DNA of 64,000 nucleotides from Limnochordia bacterium (GTDB taxonomy: Bacteria > Bacillota > Limnochordia > Darwinibacteriales > DTU012): positions 11,525 through 75,524 of the forward strand of contig SKHL01000030.1 in NCBI GenBank assembly GCA_007116995.1. The letters run 5' to 3'. Made by a program: the position numbers and the translations under genes. The first letter of the stretch is position 1. Each line of letters starts with the position of its first letter. This document shows positions 37,881-47,620 of this stretch, piece by piece. The notes under the pieces are model-generated. The model did no database searches. It saw only the letters and a program-made list of their open reading frames with translations, and was not told the DNA's origin.

Positions 37881-38111
37881 CTATTTATCATCATACTTAT
37901 TGACTAACTCCACTAAAGAATCATACCCCTCAAACGGCTCCTCCTCCGTCCAAACATCAACATTAGACAACGCCAACTTCAGACCTTCCAACAACTCTTT
38001 CTTTTCCTCTTTTAGTCTACCATTTTCACACTCTAACCGACCAACATGACTAATCAAATTCGTTTTACCTTCCACTATACACGACCCCTTTCTAATCTCC
38101 ACTCTTCCCAC
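37881..38111 (-). CDS. Small hypothetical protein
   Basis: 76-aa ORF. Confidence 0.35.
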   Translation of the reverse strand: MGRVEIRKGSCIVEGKTNLISHVGRLECENGRLKEEKKELLEGLKLALSNVDVWTEEEPFEGYDSLVELVNKYDDK

Positions 38112-38536
38112 TTTTTAATATGTTCGACCTGTTCCTCAGTAAACCCAAGTTCCCGTACCACACGAACCGCCCACCCATTTGCACGTCTTTCCTTAGCGTG
38201 AGGAATCTCATAACCTTTCCGTCTATACTCCATATTATCCTTATGATGTGATAGTTCATGAGCAATTAGGGCGTATACCTCCGGACTATCCTTAGTCAAT
38301 TTCTCACCGAACCGAAGAAAGATTCTACCCTTACACGTTTCCCACTTTGAACCCCTACCCAACCGAGTCCGATCAGAATTCCAGCATCGACCCGAACAGT
38401 CATTACCATAAACCTTCGAGTTACCCGCCATAACCACAAGACCTCTTACTGTAACCTCCATAACCTTAGAGACCTTATTAAAAATGTCCTTCAGTTCCTC
38501 ATTCGAAATCTTACTCGTATTCTTCAAAATTCTCAA
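38075..38536 (-). CDS. Putative Zn-metallopeptidase (HExxH), second copy of this motif class
   Basis: EVYALIAHELSHHKDN (HELSH). Preceded by CCGTATAGATTAGAGAGGAGAG promoter/RBS block. Confidence 0.45.
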   Translation of the reverse strand: MRILKNTSKISNEELKDIFNKVSKVMEVTVRGLVVMAGNSKVYGNDCSGRCWNSDRTRLGRGSKWETCKGRIFLRFGEKLTKDSPEVYALIAHELSHHKDNMEYRRKGYEIPHAKERRANGWAVRVVRELGFTEEQVEHIKKWEEWRLERGRV

Positions 38537-38576
38537 CCGAATCTCTCCTCTCTAATCTATACGGAGAAACAATAAC

Positions 38577-39011
38577 TTAATCCTCCAGCTTTTTAGATAA
38601 AACCGTAAATCCCCCATACCCTGATAATTCTTTAACCAACCGCTCTATCTCGGCTATTCTTTCTTCTTCCGTCAAAGACTCCGATCTTTTTTTCTCCTCT
38701 TCATTAATTCTCTTCTTTTCCAAAATCCACTCTCGAACCTCTACCGGAGACTCACTCATACCCCTAAATTTTCTATTTGAAGATCCTTTCCATCTACCAA
38801 TACTCGCCACAAAATAACCCACTACATCAGTATCTTCAACCGGAGTATCCACAGCGAAATTATACATTATAGAAAAATCAATGTAGTACTTTAACTCTGA
38901 AGGATCAGCATTTCTATTCTTACTAGTACCTTTCCGAAGTTTCTCTACTAACTCATCAACATACTCCGGATACTTCTTTACCATCTCACTATAATCAACC
39001 CTGATCCTCAT
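38577..39011 (-). CDS. Hypothetical protein
   Basis: 144-aa ORF. Confidence 0.45.
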   Translation of the reverse strand: MRIRVDYSEMVKKYPEYVDELVEKLRKGTSKNRNADPSELKYYIDFSIMYNFAVDTPVEDTDVVGYFVASIGRWKGSSNRKFRGMSESPVEVREWILEKKRINEEEKKRSESLTEEERIAEIERLVKELSGYGGFTVLSKKLED

Positions 39012-39026
39012 AAACTAACCCTCCCT

Positions 39027-39311
39027 CTAATCTCTAAAAAGTTCCTTTAACCCTTTCAGATTCTCAGCTAACTTCTCTGACAAAAACTCACTTTCAGCCT
39101 TCTCCCGAACCTGTTCAATCACATTAAGTTCTCTCTTCTCCCTAGGAGTCTTCCAGATCTTAAGAATTTTCGCCTCCGAATACGACTCCAACTCCTTCCG
39201 ATCAAAACCCTCTTCAACCAGAACCTTAATCCTCTGTTCTTTTAACCAACCTCTCTCACCGCACACTCTAGGGCGTTTAGTCATCTGACTTCCTCCTCCG
39301 AATCTCCCCAT
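39027..39311 (-). CDS. Hypothetical early protein
   Basis: 94-aa ORF (likely start MTKRPRV after RBS GGAGGAGGAAG), downstream of sigma70-like promoter copy 3. Confidence 0.45.
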   Translation of the reverse strand: MGRFGGGSQMTKRPRVCGERGWLKEQRIKVLVEEGFDRKELESYSEAKILKIWKTPREKRELNVIEQVREKAESEFLSEKLAENLKGLKELFRD

Positions 39312-39497
39312 CTACCTCATCCATAGACTTTTTCAAGTTTTTATATACCCCATCTTCCTTCGGCATAAAACCATAACTGTAACCGAACATTAGTTTTTTA
39401 ACTTTTCCCGAGTACTCAACAATACCTCATCCGTCATCTCTTTAACGTCCACTCTCAAAACCCCTTTCTAATCTTAGTGTTACCTAACCCCACTACT

Positions 39498-39527
39498 ATT
39501 ATACCATACAAAACTATACAAGTCAAT
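39498..39527 (-). promoter_or_regulatory. Sigma70-like early promoter, copy 3 (-10 is a perfect TATAAT)
   Basis: TTGACTtgtatagttttgtatggTATAATagtagtgg on the coding strand. Confidence 0.7.
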
Positions 39528-39560
39528 ACGTACAGAAAAAAGAGTGGCTTTCACCACCCC

Positions 39561-39869
39561 TTAAAACTCTTCTTTTTTATACCATTCGTAATCCCGAGAA
39601 ACGAAAACATGTTTTGAATCTCCGATTGTACCGACATACTCCACATTATCCGGAACTTCCCGCTCCTCATGTGTACCTACAATGTAGAATGTACACTCTA
39701 CAATGTCATTATCAAAAGTAGCAACTTCTTCCGTGTCCGTAGTCCAGACTGAGATTACCACATCTTCCCCATTTTCGTCCAAGAAAGTTCCGAGAATCTT
39801 AGAACCCGTACTCATCTTAAACTTCACGTTATCACCAACCACTGTATTCCACACCACTATGTTTTTCAT
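39561..39869 (-). CDS. Hypothetical protein
   Basis: 102 aa; 4-nt overlap with the upstream ORF. Confidence 0.45.
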   Translation of the reverse strand: MKNIVVWNTVVGDNVKFKMSTGSKILGTFLDENGEDVVISVWTTDTEEVATFDNDIVECTFYIVGTHEEREVPDNVEYVGTIGDSKHVFVSRDYEWYKKEEF

Positions 39870-40135
39870 TTACCTCTCTCCTTCCAGACTTTCTTGTACT
39901 CAGACACCAGTTCCTTTGGTATTACTTTTTTCCAACACTCATTTCCAATAGGGTAACACCCCATATCGTCAATTTCAGGGATTTCCGCATAAGGACTAAT
40001 AATCTCATTATCACAGTTCATACGAACCCACTTTGCTCTACGCGGGTGTTTTATTTCTTTCTCGCAAACTATACAGGGTTCCGGATACACTGTAACTTCC
40101 GACCCATTCACAATAATCTTATCGTATTCCTCCAA
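39866..40135 (-). CDS. Hypothetical Cys-containing protein
   Basis: 89 aa; CIVCEK...C...C. Confidence 0.45.
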   Translation of the reverse strand: MEEYDKIIVNGSEVTVYPEPCIVCEKEIKHPRRAKWVRMNCDNEIISPYAEIPEIDDMGCYPIGNECWKKVIPKELVSEYKKVWKERGK

Positions 40136-40141
40136 TATACC

Positions 40142-40546
40142 CTACCCCTCTCCCAGTACACTTAATATCTCTTCACGAGTCCAACCAACCCAATCCATCG
40201 GAATCATACCACCCACAGCGATATCTTTTTCGTCAAATCTAACTAAAATTCGTGTTACACCTATATTCAAGATACTCCACTCCACTCCCACATGTCTATT
40301 GTCATACAAAACACGCAAAACATCTATAGTAGTCATAGTGTTATCGAGTCTATCCGTCTTGTCAATCTCATCCAGCAGATACTCAACCTCTTTTTCATTC
40401 AAAACATCAACGACTCGATACCCATTCTCACGAAGAACCTCAGTCAACTCTTTCTTCGTACCCACGTCCTCAGTAACCATCAGACGTAGATCCCCTTTAC
40501 GTAAGTACCGATAGAACCCATACAATCTCTTACCCATCAACTCCAA
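40142..40546 (-). CDS. Hypothetical early protein
   Basis: 134 aa, directly downstream of sigma70-like promoter copy 4 (40584-40612). Confidence 0.5.
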   Translation of the reverse strand: MELMGKRLYGFYRYLRKGDLRLMVTEDVGTKKELTEVLRENGYRVVDVLNEKEVEYLLDEIDKTDRLDNTMTTIDVLRVLYDNRHVGVEWSILNIGVTRILVRFDEKDIAVGGMIPMDWVGWTREEILSVLGEG

Positions 40547-40583
40547 CCCCTTTCTAATCTTAGTTTATCCACTACCCACTTAA

Positions 40584-40612
40584 AGTATACCATACAAAAC
40601 TATACAAGTCAA
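40584..40612 (-). promoter_or_regulatory. Sigma70-like early promoter, copy 4
   Basis: TTGACT-17-TGgTATACT; hairpin 40629-40644 immediately upstream. Confidence 0.7.
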
Positions 40613-40657
40613 TACCGTAATGAAAAAAGAGTACCGAAGTACTCCTCTTCTCAACGC

Positions 40658-40888
40658 CTACCACCCACCAGTAAGCGAATATTCAATCTTATGTAGATTC
40701 GATTTCTTGTTTAACTTGACCATAAACTTGTCCAAGTCTTTCTCTGTAGAGAAATCCCTCTCAAAGTACTCAATCCTACCAGTATATCCGACCTCACTCC
40801 ACCGAACCATAAATTTATTCGCTTTTTTTCGTGTTATTGATAGTTCATCAATTATACCACTCCGTCTAGTCATAGTACTAACCTCCAA
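40658..40888 (-). CDS. Small hypothetical protein
   Basis: 76 aa; start-stop coupled to 40889-41644; followed by hairpin 40629-40644. Confidence 0.4.
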   Translation of the reverse strand: MEVSTMTRRSGIIDELSITRKKANKFMVRWSEVGYTGRIEYFERDFSTEKDLDKFMVKLNKKSNLHKIEYSLTGGW

Positions 40889-41644
40889 CTACAAATTCCT
40901 TTTGAGATTTTCATTACTACGTGAAACCACTAATTTCTTTGAATCTCGAAAACCGCGAAACTCATCCGGAGAAATATCAATAACAGTTCTCGGAGAAAAC
41001 CATCCCCGTCCGTCATCATTCATTTTTACGAACATAGAATCTTCCCCTTCTACCAAACTCGCAGTACTCTGCCAAACCGACCCAACCTCAAGAGTCTGAC
41101 CACCTACTCTAATTTCCCGCAAGACAACAAACCGATCATTCACATCCAGACCCAAATTCCTACGTTTTTCTTCCTCTTTCCGGTCTCTCTCTTCTCTTTG
41201 AACCTCCGGATCCTGTGACGTATCCGAATTCCCAAACGTAGTATAATCAATCCTACACGAAATTCCCTTACTCTTTACCACACTACGAAGTTTTTCTACC
41301 CAGTTCGTTACTTTCTTAAATGTCATATCCTTACTCACAGACTCCACCAATAACCATGTATTGACTTCTCCGCCCCCAGCAAAAATACTCTTGTTAAAAG
41401 TCTCCCTAGCCATATAATTGCTATCCCCTACCTGCTCATCGACTACTCTCCACTTCTTACCTAAAACCTTCTTCACAAACTCATCAATAATTTTATCTCG
41501 ATTATCCGACACATTAGTTTTAATCACAAGAGTAGCAAAACCCCAACCAACCGAAGTTTTCCGTCTCCCCTCACTTACAGACTGTAACTTACTCACCCTT
41601 AAACCTTCAAGTATCTTACCATGATTTTTCATAACTCCACCCAC
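40889..41644 (-). CDS. Hypothetical two-domain protein
   Basis: 251-aa ORF (likely start MKNHGK). A charged linker PEVQREERDRKEEEKRR separates the N and C domains. Confidence 0.5.
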   Translation of the reverse strand: MGGVMKNHGKILEGLRVSKLQSVSEGRRKTSVGWGFATLVIKTNVSDNRDKIIDEFVKKVLGKKWRVVDEQVGDSNYMARETFNKSIFAGGGEVNTWLLVESVSKDMTFKKVTNWVEKLRSVVKSKGISCRIDYTTFGNSDTSQDPEVQREERDRKEEEKRRNLGLDVNDRFVVLREIRVGGQTLEVGSVWQSTASLVEGEDSMFVKMNDDGRGWFSPRTVIDISPDEFRGFRDSKKLVVSRSNENLKRNL

Positions 41645-41823
41645 CTCAAAAGTAAATTCAGTAACATATATAATCTATACGAAAAAAGAGAGAACCAAGT
41701 ACGTCCTCCCTCCATCTGAAGCGATCCGGTTCCACTTCACAGACCACCCCAGGAACATTCCACCTCAGACTCACTTTTGAGTCTTTTGAAACTAACACCT
41801 GATCGTCCAAAACACCAACCCCT

Positions 41824-42267
41824 CTAGTTTATCAAAGTCCGATAATGAGCTCTTTGTATGTTATACCCACCAGCGACTATCGTAGTGACTGAAACACTCT
41901 TAACATCACCAGTTACCCGACCATCCAACCCACCATTGTCATTACGATAAACATCAAATTCCAAAATGTTGCCAGCTTTTTTCTCCAACCTCCGAAGAAG
42001 ATTCGTCTTTCTGTCCTCCGCATCCCTCCGAAACATTTTCTCCATATCCTCATCTGTCGCCCCAAACCGAATGTCCCGAGCAATATATTTAGGGCAGTTA
42101 TTTCGGAGAAAATTGTCGGCTTTCTCATGAGCCTCACGATACCCCTCTGACAGTAAACCACCATGATCATTACGAATCCGAGTATATTCACTTTTAATGT
42201 TCCGAAACCACTCGAGATCCCGAATAACAGTCTCCTCAATCCACTCATCAAGATTCGTATATTTCAT
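41824..42267 (-). CDS. Hypothetical early protein
   Basis: 147 aa directly downstream of sigma70-like promoter copy 5. Confidence 0.5.
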   Translation of the reverse strand: MKYTNLDEWIEETVIRDLEWFRNIKSEYTRIRNDHGGLLSEGYREAHEKADNFLRNNCPKYIARDIRFGATDEDMEKMFRRDAEDRKTNLLRRLEKKAGNILEFDVYRNDNGGLDGRVTGDVKSVSVTTIVAGGYNIQRAHYRTLIN

Positions 42268-42312
42268 ATCTAAACCCCCTTCCTAACACTAGTATCTCTC
42301 AACCACACTCTA

Positions 42313-42341
42313 AGTATACCATACAAAACTATACAAGTCAA
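42313..42341 (-). promoter_or_regulatory. Sigma70-like early promoter, copy 5
   Basis: TTGACT-17-TGgTATACT; hairpin ATAACCCT-GATT-AGGGTTAT at 42356-42375 upstream. Confidence 0.7.
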
Positions 42342-42393
42342 TACGTACAGAAAAAATAACCCTGATTAGGGTTATTTATATGAGTCTCAATCA

Positions 42394-42684
42394 TCATGAA
42401 TTCTTAGAGTTATCCACAGTACCCCCAGAGTTATCCACAGAAGACTTCCTCTTTAAATGACTCCCAATATCTTCCCCACAGAACGGGCAGAAATTAAACA
42501 TAAGACCCTTCTTATGTTCTCCCGACTTCGTACCAAACCCATGAGTATACTGTTCCCCCGTATCTAGATTCGTTACCACCAAATCAAAGATACCCTTCCT
42601 TATACGAGTATACAAGTCATCGACAGTCTGATCCAACAACTCACACGGAATAACCTTCTTACCCTCTACTCTACACTTACTCAC
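42394..42684 (-). CDS. Small Cys-containing protein
   Basis: 96 aa; CPFCGEDIGSH. Confidence 0.4.
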   Translation of the reverse strand: MSKCRVEGKKVIPCELLDQTVDDLYTRIRKGIFDLVVTNLDTGEQYTHGFGTKSGEHKKGLMFNFCPFCGEDIGSHLKRKSSVDNSGGTVDNSKNS

Positions 42685-42696
42685 ACAAACCCCTCC

Positions 42697-42936
42697 CTAC
42701 TGTATTAAATCCTCTTCTTCAAAGTAACTTATGTCTCCCAATTTCTCACAAAAAACCTCTATCTCTAGTACATCACTATCTTTTCTATAATCATAATTGT
42801 AATAGACCCGATCTATCTCATACATAACTCCACTAACAGTCAAAATCTCCCCCACCAAAGGAGACGAATTAACCGAATCCCACTCGACTGTACTCAACTC
42901 CACATCACCACAAATAAAGAATAATCTAGTTCTCAT
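42697..42936 (-). CDS. Small hypothetical protein
   Basis: 79 aa; ATGA overlap with tdk. Confidence 0.4.
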   Translation of the reverse strand: MRTRLFFICGDVELSTVEWDSVNSSPLVGEILTVSGVMYEIDRVYYNYDYRKDSDVLEIEVFCEKLGDISYFEEEDLIQ

Positions 42937-43541
42937 ATACTCTCCCTCCCCGACCTCTCCCTACTAAAAAATCGAGAAAGAAAATCCTTTCTACAAACCG
43001 GAACATACTTATCATTTCCACCAATCTCAATCTGATCCCCGTCTACCACGATCTCACCATTTTCGTCCGTTCTCATATTAAAAATCGCCTTCCTATCACA
43101 GAACCAACAAATAGTCTTCACTTCCTCAATCGAATCAGCATATACTAATAGATGATAGCTACCCTCAAATAAGTTCCCCTGAAAATCAGACTTCAGACCA
43201 TAGCAAATGACCGGGACATTATGTGTATCCACAATCATAACCAACTGCATAATATGTTCATATGTAAGAAACTGAGACTCATCTACCAGTATACAGTCAA
43301 TCGCCCTCGACTCTAGTCCTAATTTCAAAATGTCCTCAATATCATCATTCTTACTAATAACAACCGCACTACGACTCATCCCCATACGAGACGTTACCTT
43401 ACCAATACCATACCGATCATCAATACTAGGGGCAAGTACCACTACGAACTTCCCCCTCTCTTCATAATTATGAGCGATTTTTAAAATCTCAACCGACTTA
43501 CCCGCGTTCATAGTAGAGTACCGAAAGTATAGTTTCGCCAA
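42933..43541 (-). CDS. tdk: Thymidine kinase
   Basis: P-loop YSTMNAGKSVEIL, Walker B ILVDESQFL, and the Zn-binding lasso CWFCDRKA...CRKD; 202 aa. Confidence 0.85.
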   Translation of the reverse strand: MAKLYFRYSTMNAGKSVEILKIAHNYEERGKFVVVLAPSIDDRYGIGKVTSRMGMSRSAVVISKNDDIEDILKLGLESRAIDCILVDESQFLTYEHIMQLVMIVDTHNVPVICYGLKSDFQGNLFEGSYHLLVYADSIEEVKTICWFCDRKAIFNMRTDENGEIVVDGDQIEIGGNDKYVPVCRKDFLSRFFSRERSGRESI

Positions 43542-43714
43542 AGAAAGACCTCCCCAAGTTATTTATCCTCCCTGAATGTCCCTCCCAATATAGTGTATAT
43601 GTCCCTCACCAAAGACTCAAACACCTCGTCATACTCATTATACGAGTACTGTTCTCGTACAATCTTTCTCGCCCTAGTCCACAGTTTTTTATCTACCTTC
43701 ATATATAAACTCCC

Positions 43715-44044
43715 CTATCTAGAATAGAAACTGTTCGTAACCGCAATCTCCGTATGATTCCCCATCCGACCCTCTTCGTTAATACAGTCCACAATACCCG
43801 GATCCCGAGCTAAAACAGAAAAAACGAACTTGTCCAAGTTTTGACAACAGTAATCCTTGTACCCTACCCAGATCTGAGTCCCCCGAATGTTCATGTCATC
43901 CAAAATCTCTAAGAATACCCCTATCCCCATCTGATACTTTGCAAAAATACTTGTCAACACAGACCCGGCACCCGGATTCCCCTCAGACATAATAGCCATA
44001 GCCTCACCCAAACCCACAGTCTGAAAATCAATCTTCTCTCTCAT
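43715..44044 (-). CDS. Hypothetical protein
   Basis: 109-aa ORF. Confidence 0.45.
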   Translation of the reverse strand: MREKIDFQTVGLGEAMAIMSEGNPGAGSVLTSIFAKYQMGIGVFLEILDDMNIRGTQIWVGYKDYCCQNLDKFVFSVLARDPGIVDCINEEGRMGNHTEIAVTNSFYSR

Positions 44045-44987
44045 CTACCTATCTCCTTTCTATACTATCTCAAATGTAGTTCCCTCATAAATAGGGTTTA
44101 ATTGTACTATACCAAACTTCTTCCCCTTCTGAGTCCGAAACACCAACCATCCATCTTCCCTTTTTTCAACCTCAACAATCGTCCCCTCTCTAGCCCACAT
44201 ACTATCCAGAAGTCTGACCTTCATTTCTCCTACACTCCTCACATCGTACTATTTCCGGATGATATACAACTAAGTGATATACTCTAACCCCATACTTCTC
44301 ACATAGGTGAATTTCTTTCCGGCTTGTCTGATCTTTTTCATTAGGAGATAAATACCCACACTGACCACAAAACCTTGACCTATCTACAAGCATCATCTTC
44401 CCCCTTACCCCAAGACTCCTTCCCTGTCAGTAAGAGTCCCCTAGCAAAATACGCCATCTGTAACATACCTTCGTCCATCTCATCCCGTTTCTCGATCTTC
44501 TCAAACCCATCTATTTGTTTATTTAGACACTCAAGATCAATTTCCACCGTACCCCTAGCTCTACACACCTTCCCCATTCTACTCCCACCTTTCCCCATTC
44601 CACCGTGTTAGATTTATCTTCCGTTTCTTACCCGTATCAAATGTCTCTAACATCCCATGACCTATACGGTACGACCACGCCTCACAATGATAGAAAAACT
44701 CACTTAGAGATAGTAGTACGTTTCCCCAGAAGTATCTCGGCATATAACAGATTACCATCAATATCCTCCTACTTTTACGAAAAAGTACACTACTCACTCT
44801 GTTCACCATCCAACATACAGTCAATAAACTCCTTACATTCCCTCAGTGACCCTTTAGGGTACACTTTCTCCACCCGAACCATATCTAGTGTATAGATAAA
44901 CCATCTCGGCTCACTTTTATACGGATGATTCTCAATCTTGAACCCTCTGTACTCATGAATCTTTCTACTTTTTTCTGAACTCATACT

Positions 44988-45299
44988 CTAACCATCCTCT
45001 ACCACGTTATCACATATCTCAATATCGTCCGACTCACACTCCGGACACCACACGTCTACTTCATTAAAATAACTCGTATAACTACCAAGAGACGAACTAC
45101 AACCCTTCCACCCACACTCCTTACATTCAGCGGGATAAAACCCTCTCTTCAACTCTTCCTCCGTACATAACGTCCTCACCTTAACCCTCAACTCCCTCAT
45201 ACGTCTTTCCGAGAACATTACCGCCCTCAAGTCACGATACTTCTTCCGATTGTTCTGACCCTTCTTCCCGAAGATCTTTCTCCATCTCTTATACTCCAC
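44988..45299 (-). CDS. Basic protein with C-terminal zinc ribbon
   Basis: CKECGWKGC...CPECESD. Confidence 0.45.
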   Translation of the reverse strand: MEYKRWRKIFGKKGQNNRKKYRDLRAVMFSERRMRELRVKVRTLCTEEELKRGFYPAECKECGWKGCSSSLGSYTSYFNEVDVWCPECESDDIEICDNVVEDG

Positions 45300-45630
45300 T
45301 GTTACACTCCTTAGTTTCCAATAAACTCCTCACTTCCAACTCCCTAGACATATTACTCCGTAACCAGTTTTCCATAAACCGAACCGCCCGATCAGTCTTT
45401 TTCTCGTATGTAATACCAAACAATCTCTCTAAAAAGTTAGGGTTTCTGACGATCCTGTGATAGTTAATCGTATGAGCAATATTGATATTGTCCCACTCAT
45501 GCACACCCGAAAGAACCCTATATTCACAAGTGACTACAACATAATCTCCCCAAACACCACCACAACCTAAGATAGTACACTCCACGTTCCCAACAGTAAA
45601 TCTACTCAGATTCCTCTTCTCGAATTCCAT
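45289..45630 (-). CDS. Hypothetical protein
   Basis: 113-aa ORF. Confidence 0.45.
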   Translation of the reverse strand: MEFEKRNLSRFTVGNVECTILGCGGVWGDYVVVTCEYRVLSGVHEWDNINIAHTINYHRIVRNPNFLERLFGITYEKKTDRAVRFMENWLRSNMSRELEVRSLLETKECNSGV

Positions 45631-45872
45631 TATTTTTCTCCTTTACTTCTTCATAGTAATCCAACGCACGCAAAGCCCCTCCCCCATACCCTAATCGGCT
45701 AAGAGCGTGAGACACATCATACCCTTTACCTTCATCGACTTTACCGTCTAACCAATGAAATCTAAATGTCTTCACTGTAATCCGCCTTTCTAAGTTTAAC
45801 TCTTTGAACTTAAATCTTCATATTTAACTCCTACACATCAAAACAACCCCTCTCTAAATTTAACTCTCTATA

Positions 45873-45893
45873 CCACTATATACGGAAAAAGAG
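45873..45893 (-). promoter_or_regulatory. CCGTATATAG motif after the terminator of gene 45913-46158
   Basis: CTCTTTTTCCGTATATAGTGG after hairpin 45890-45912. Confidence 0.45.
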
Positions 45894-45912
45894 TCCCAAA
45901 AAACACGAGACT

Positions 45913-46158
45913 CTAGAAATAAAGTGGTTTATTCATCACTAATTCATACCTACCAGATTTAAGTAAAATCTTAGCTCGTTTCCTCTCTCTGTGAACTTCT
46001 CTCAAGTCCGGTCTACATCCTATGTTACCGTTTCTCCTACGATAGTTACGAGTACATCCACAAATACAACGATCCTGTCTTCTCTTGACCCGAGTACCGA
46101 CTAACTTCCCTCCACGTAAAATAGCTTTACCTAATTTTGTTGGTTCTTTTTCAGTCAA
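45913..46158 (-). CDS. Small highly basic Cys-containing protein (nucleic-acid-binding candidate)
   Basis: 81 aa, rich in R/K with CICGC...C; followed by hairpin 45890-45912. Confidence 0.45.
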   Translation of the reverse strand: MTEKEPTKLGKAILRGGKLVGTRVKRRQDRCICGCTRNYRRRNGNIGCRPDLREVHRERKRAKILLKSGRYELVMNKPLYF

Positions 46159-46741
46159 GACTATCTCACCTTCCCCAATTAGTCTAGTAGTACAGAACCC
46201 ACCACCGTTTCAACTCACACCCAAACACAAACATCTTCATACTAATAACTACCGAATACACAACAAAGATTTGTGATAACATATATACTACCTTCAACCA
46301 GAACGGATCTAAACTACCCGAGAATAAAAAAGTCCAAATGTCATAAAGCATAAATACAAGTATAATCATCAGTATAGAAAACAAGAAAAACTTCTTCATT
46401 TCTCTAACTCACCCTACCTCACTCTGAAAGCTAAGTTCATAGAAACTACATCCCCCAGTCTACTCTTCATAATCATCACCAGGATCATAGGAAATCGTCA
46501 TAGTAACAGTCTCCACCTCAGAATCTCGTTTCCGATCCTGATTCACAGTATCAAACATCCATTGATCTAACATATAATATACCGAATTTTCATCGTCCTC
46601 TATAGACTCAATCTCACGAACACCAAAAAACCCTAATCTATACAACTTACCCGGTTTTGAATGTGTCTTCGCATTAGATATGTCCACTTCAGGGAACTTA
46701 ATTACCTTATTCATACCTACCCTCCTATGATATTTAATACC

Positions 46742-47602
46742 CTACCTCACAAACATACTATTCCCCACAATCCAGAATAACGTCTTGTTATTCTCCGTGT
46801 CTAAATTCTTCATCATGTAGTTATACGCCTTACTTTCATAAATCGGATCAAGATACTCCTTATCACTAAACATGACCTTCAACATTCTCGAATACGGATA
46901 TGTCTTATCCTGAATATATTCGTAGTCACAATAGTAGTCACCAGCAATCTGATTGATCGTATTCCGTCTGTCATACCCCGCAATCTGAATACCAATGACC
47001 TTTTTAGGGTGTTTATTGTACTTAGTCAGACCTCTTAAAATTCCTCCAAATGTAATACCACTACCAATATTAACGACCAATAAGTCTAAATCATCCGGTA
47101 TATTCTGTACCTGATTCGAGATAGAGTCCACAATCGCTCGCGTATTATTGTAGAGATTAATCCCAAACTTAATAACGAAGTAGTTATGATACTTACATAT
47201 AGAATCAATCCGACTCATTAAAACGTTCTCATACCCCATCTTCGCCTCCGAATCAATTTCACACCCAAACGATAACGCACGATTCATCATCACATTCTGA
47301 GATAGTGTTTTCTCCTTAGTCGCACCCACAACCAAAATCGAACGAAACCCGAACTCCTTTGCCGCTCTCGACACGATAATCCCCTGAGGAGACTTCACAG
47401 AAGTCGCAGTAATCACAGTCCCCTCACACTCATCCCGAATATACTCATAGTTATCTCGTAGTAAGCAAAGAGATTGTCTCACCTTACCACCAGAAAGAGG
47501 AACATCATGAAAAGGGACGTATAAATCGTCCCTTTTATATAAAATACCTCTATGTTCCTCTACCGGAGTCAACTCATCTATCCCATACCCATCAAAATCC
47601 AC
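46742..47602 (-). CDS. PLP-dependent enzyme of the ACC-deaminase / D-cysteine-desulfhydrase family (tryptophan-synthase-beta fold)
   Basis: LYKRDDLYVPFHDVPLSGGKVRQSLCLL...GTVITATSVKSPQGIIVSRAAKEFGF parallels DcyD [22 protein letters not shown]...[25 protein letters not shown], including the PLP-binding Lys in GGK. The Gly-rich loop VVNIGSGITFGGILRGL matches VVASGSAGTHAGLAVGL. Confidence 0.7.
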   Translation of the reverse strand: MDFDGYGIDELTPVEEHRGILYKRDDLYVPFHDVPLSGGKVRQSLCLLRDNYEYIRDECEGTVITATSVKSPQGIIVSRAAKEFGFRSILVVGATKEKTLSQNVMMNRALSFGCEIDSEAKMGYENVLMSRIDSICKYHNYFVIKFGINLYNNTRAIVDSISNQVQNIPDDLDLLVVNIGSGITFGGILRGLTKYNKHPKKVIGIQIAGYDRRNTINQIAGDYYCDYEYIQDKTYPYSRMLKVMFSDKEYLDPIYESKAYNYMMKNLDTENNKTLFWIVGNSMFVR

Positions 47603-47620
47603 GTAACCACCCCTACTACC

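Noticed and set aside
45913-46158. Ribosomal protein identity for the small basic Cys protein
   Set aside because: High R/K content and a Cys cluster suggested L28/L31/L33/S14-type proteins, but I could not align it convincingly to any of them from memory. It is left as a generic basic zinc-binding protein.
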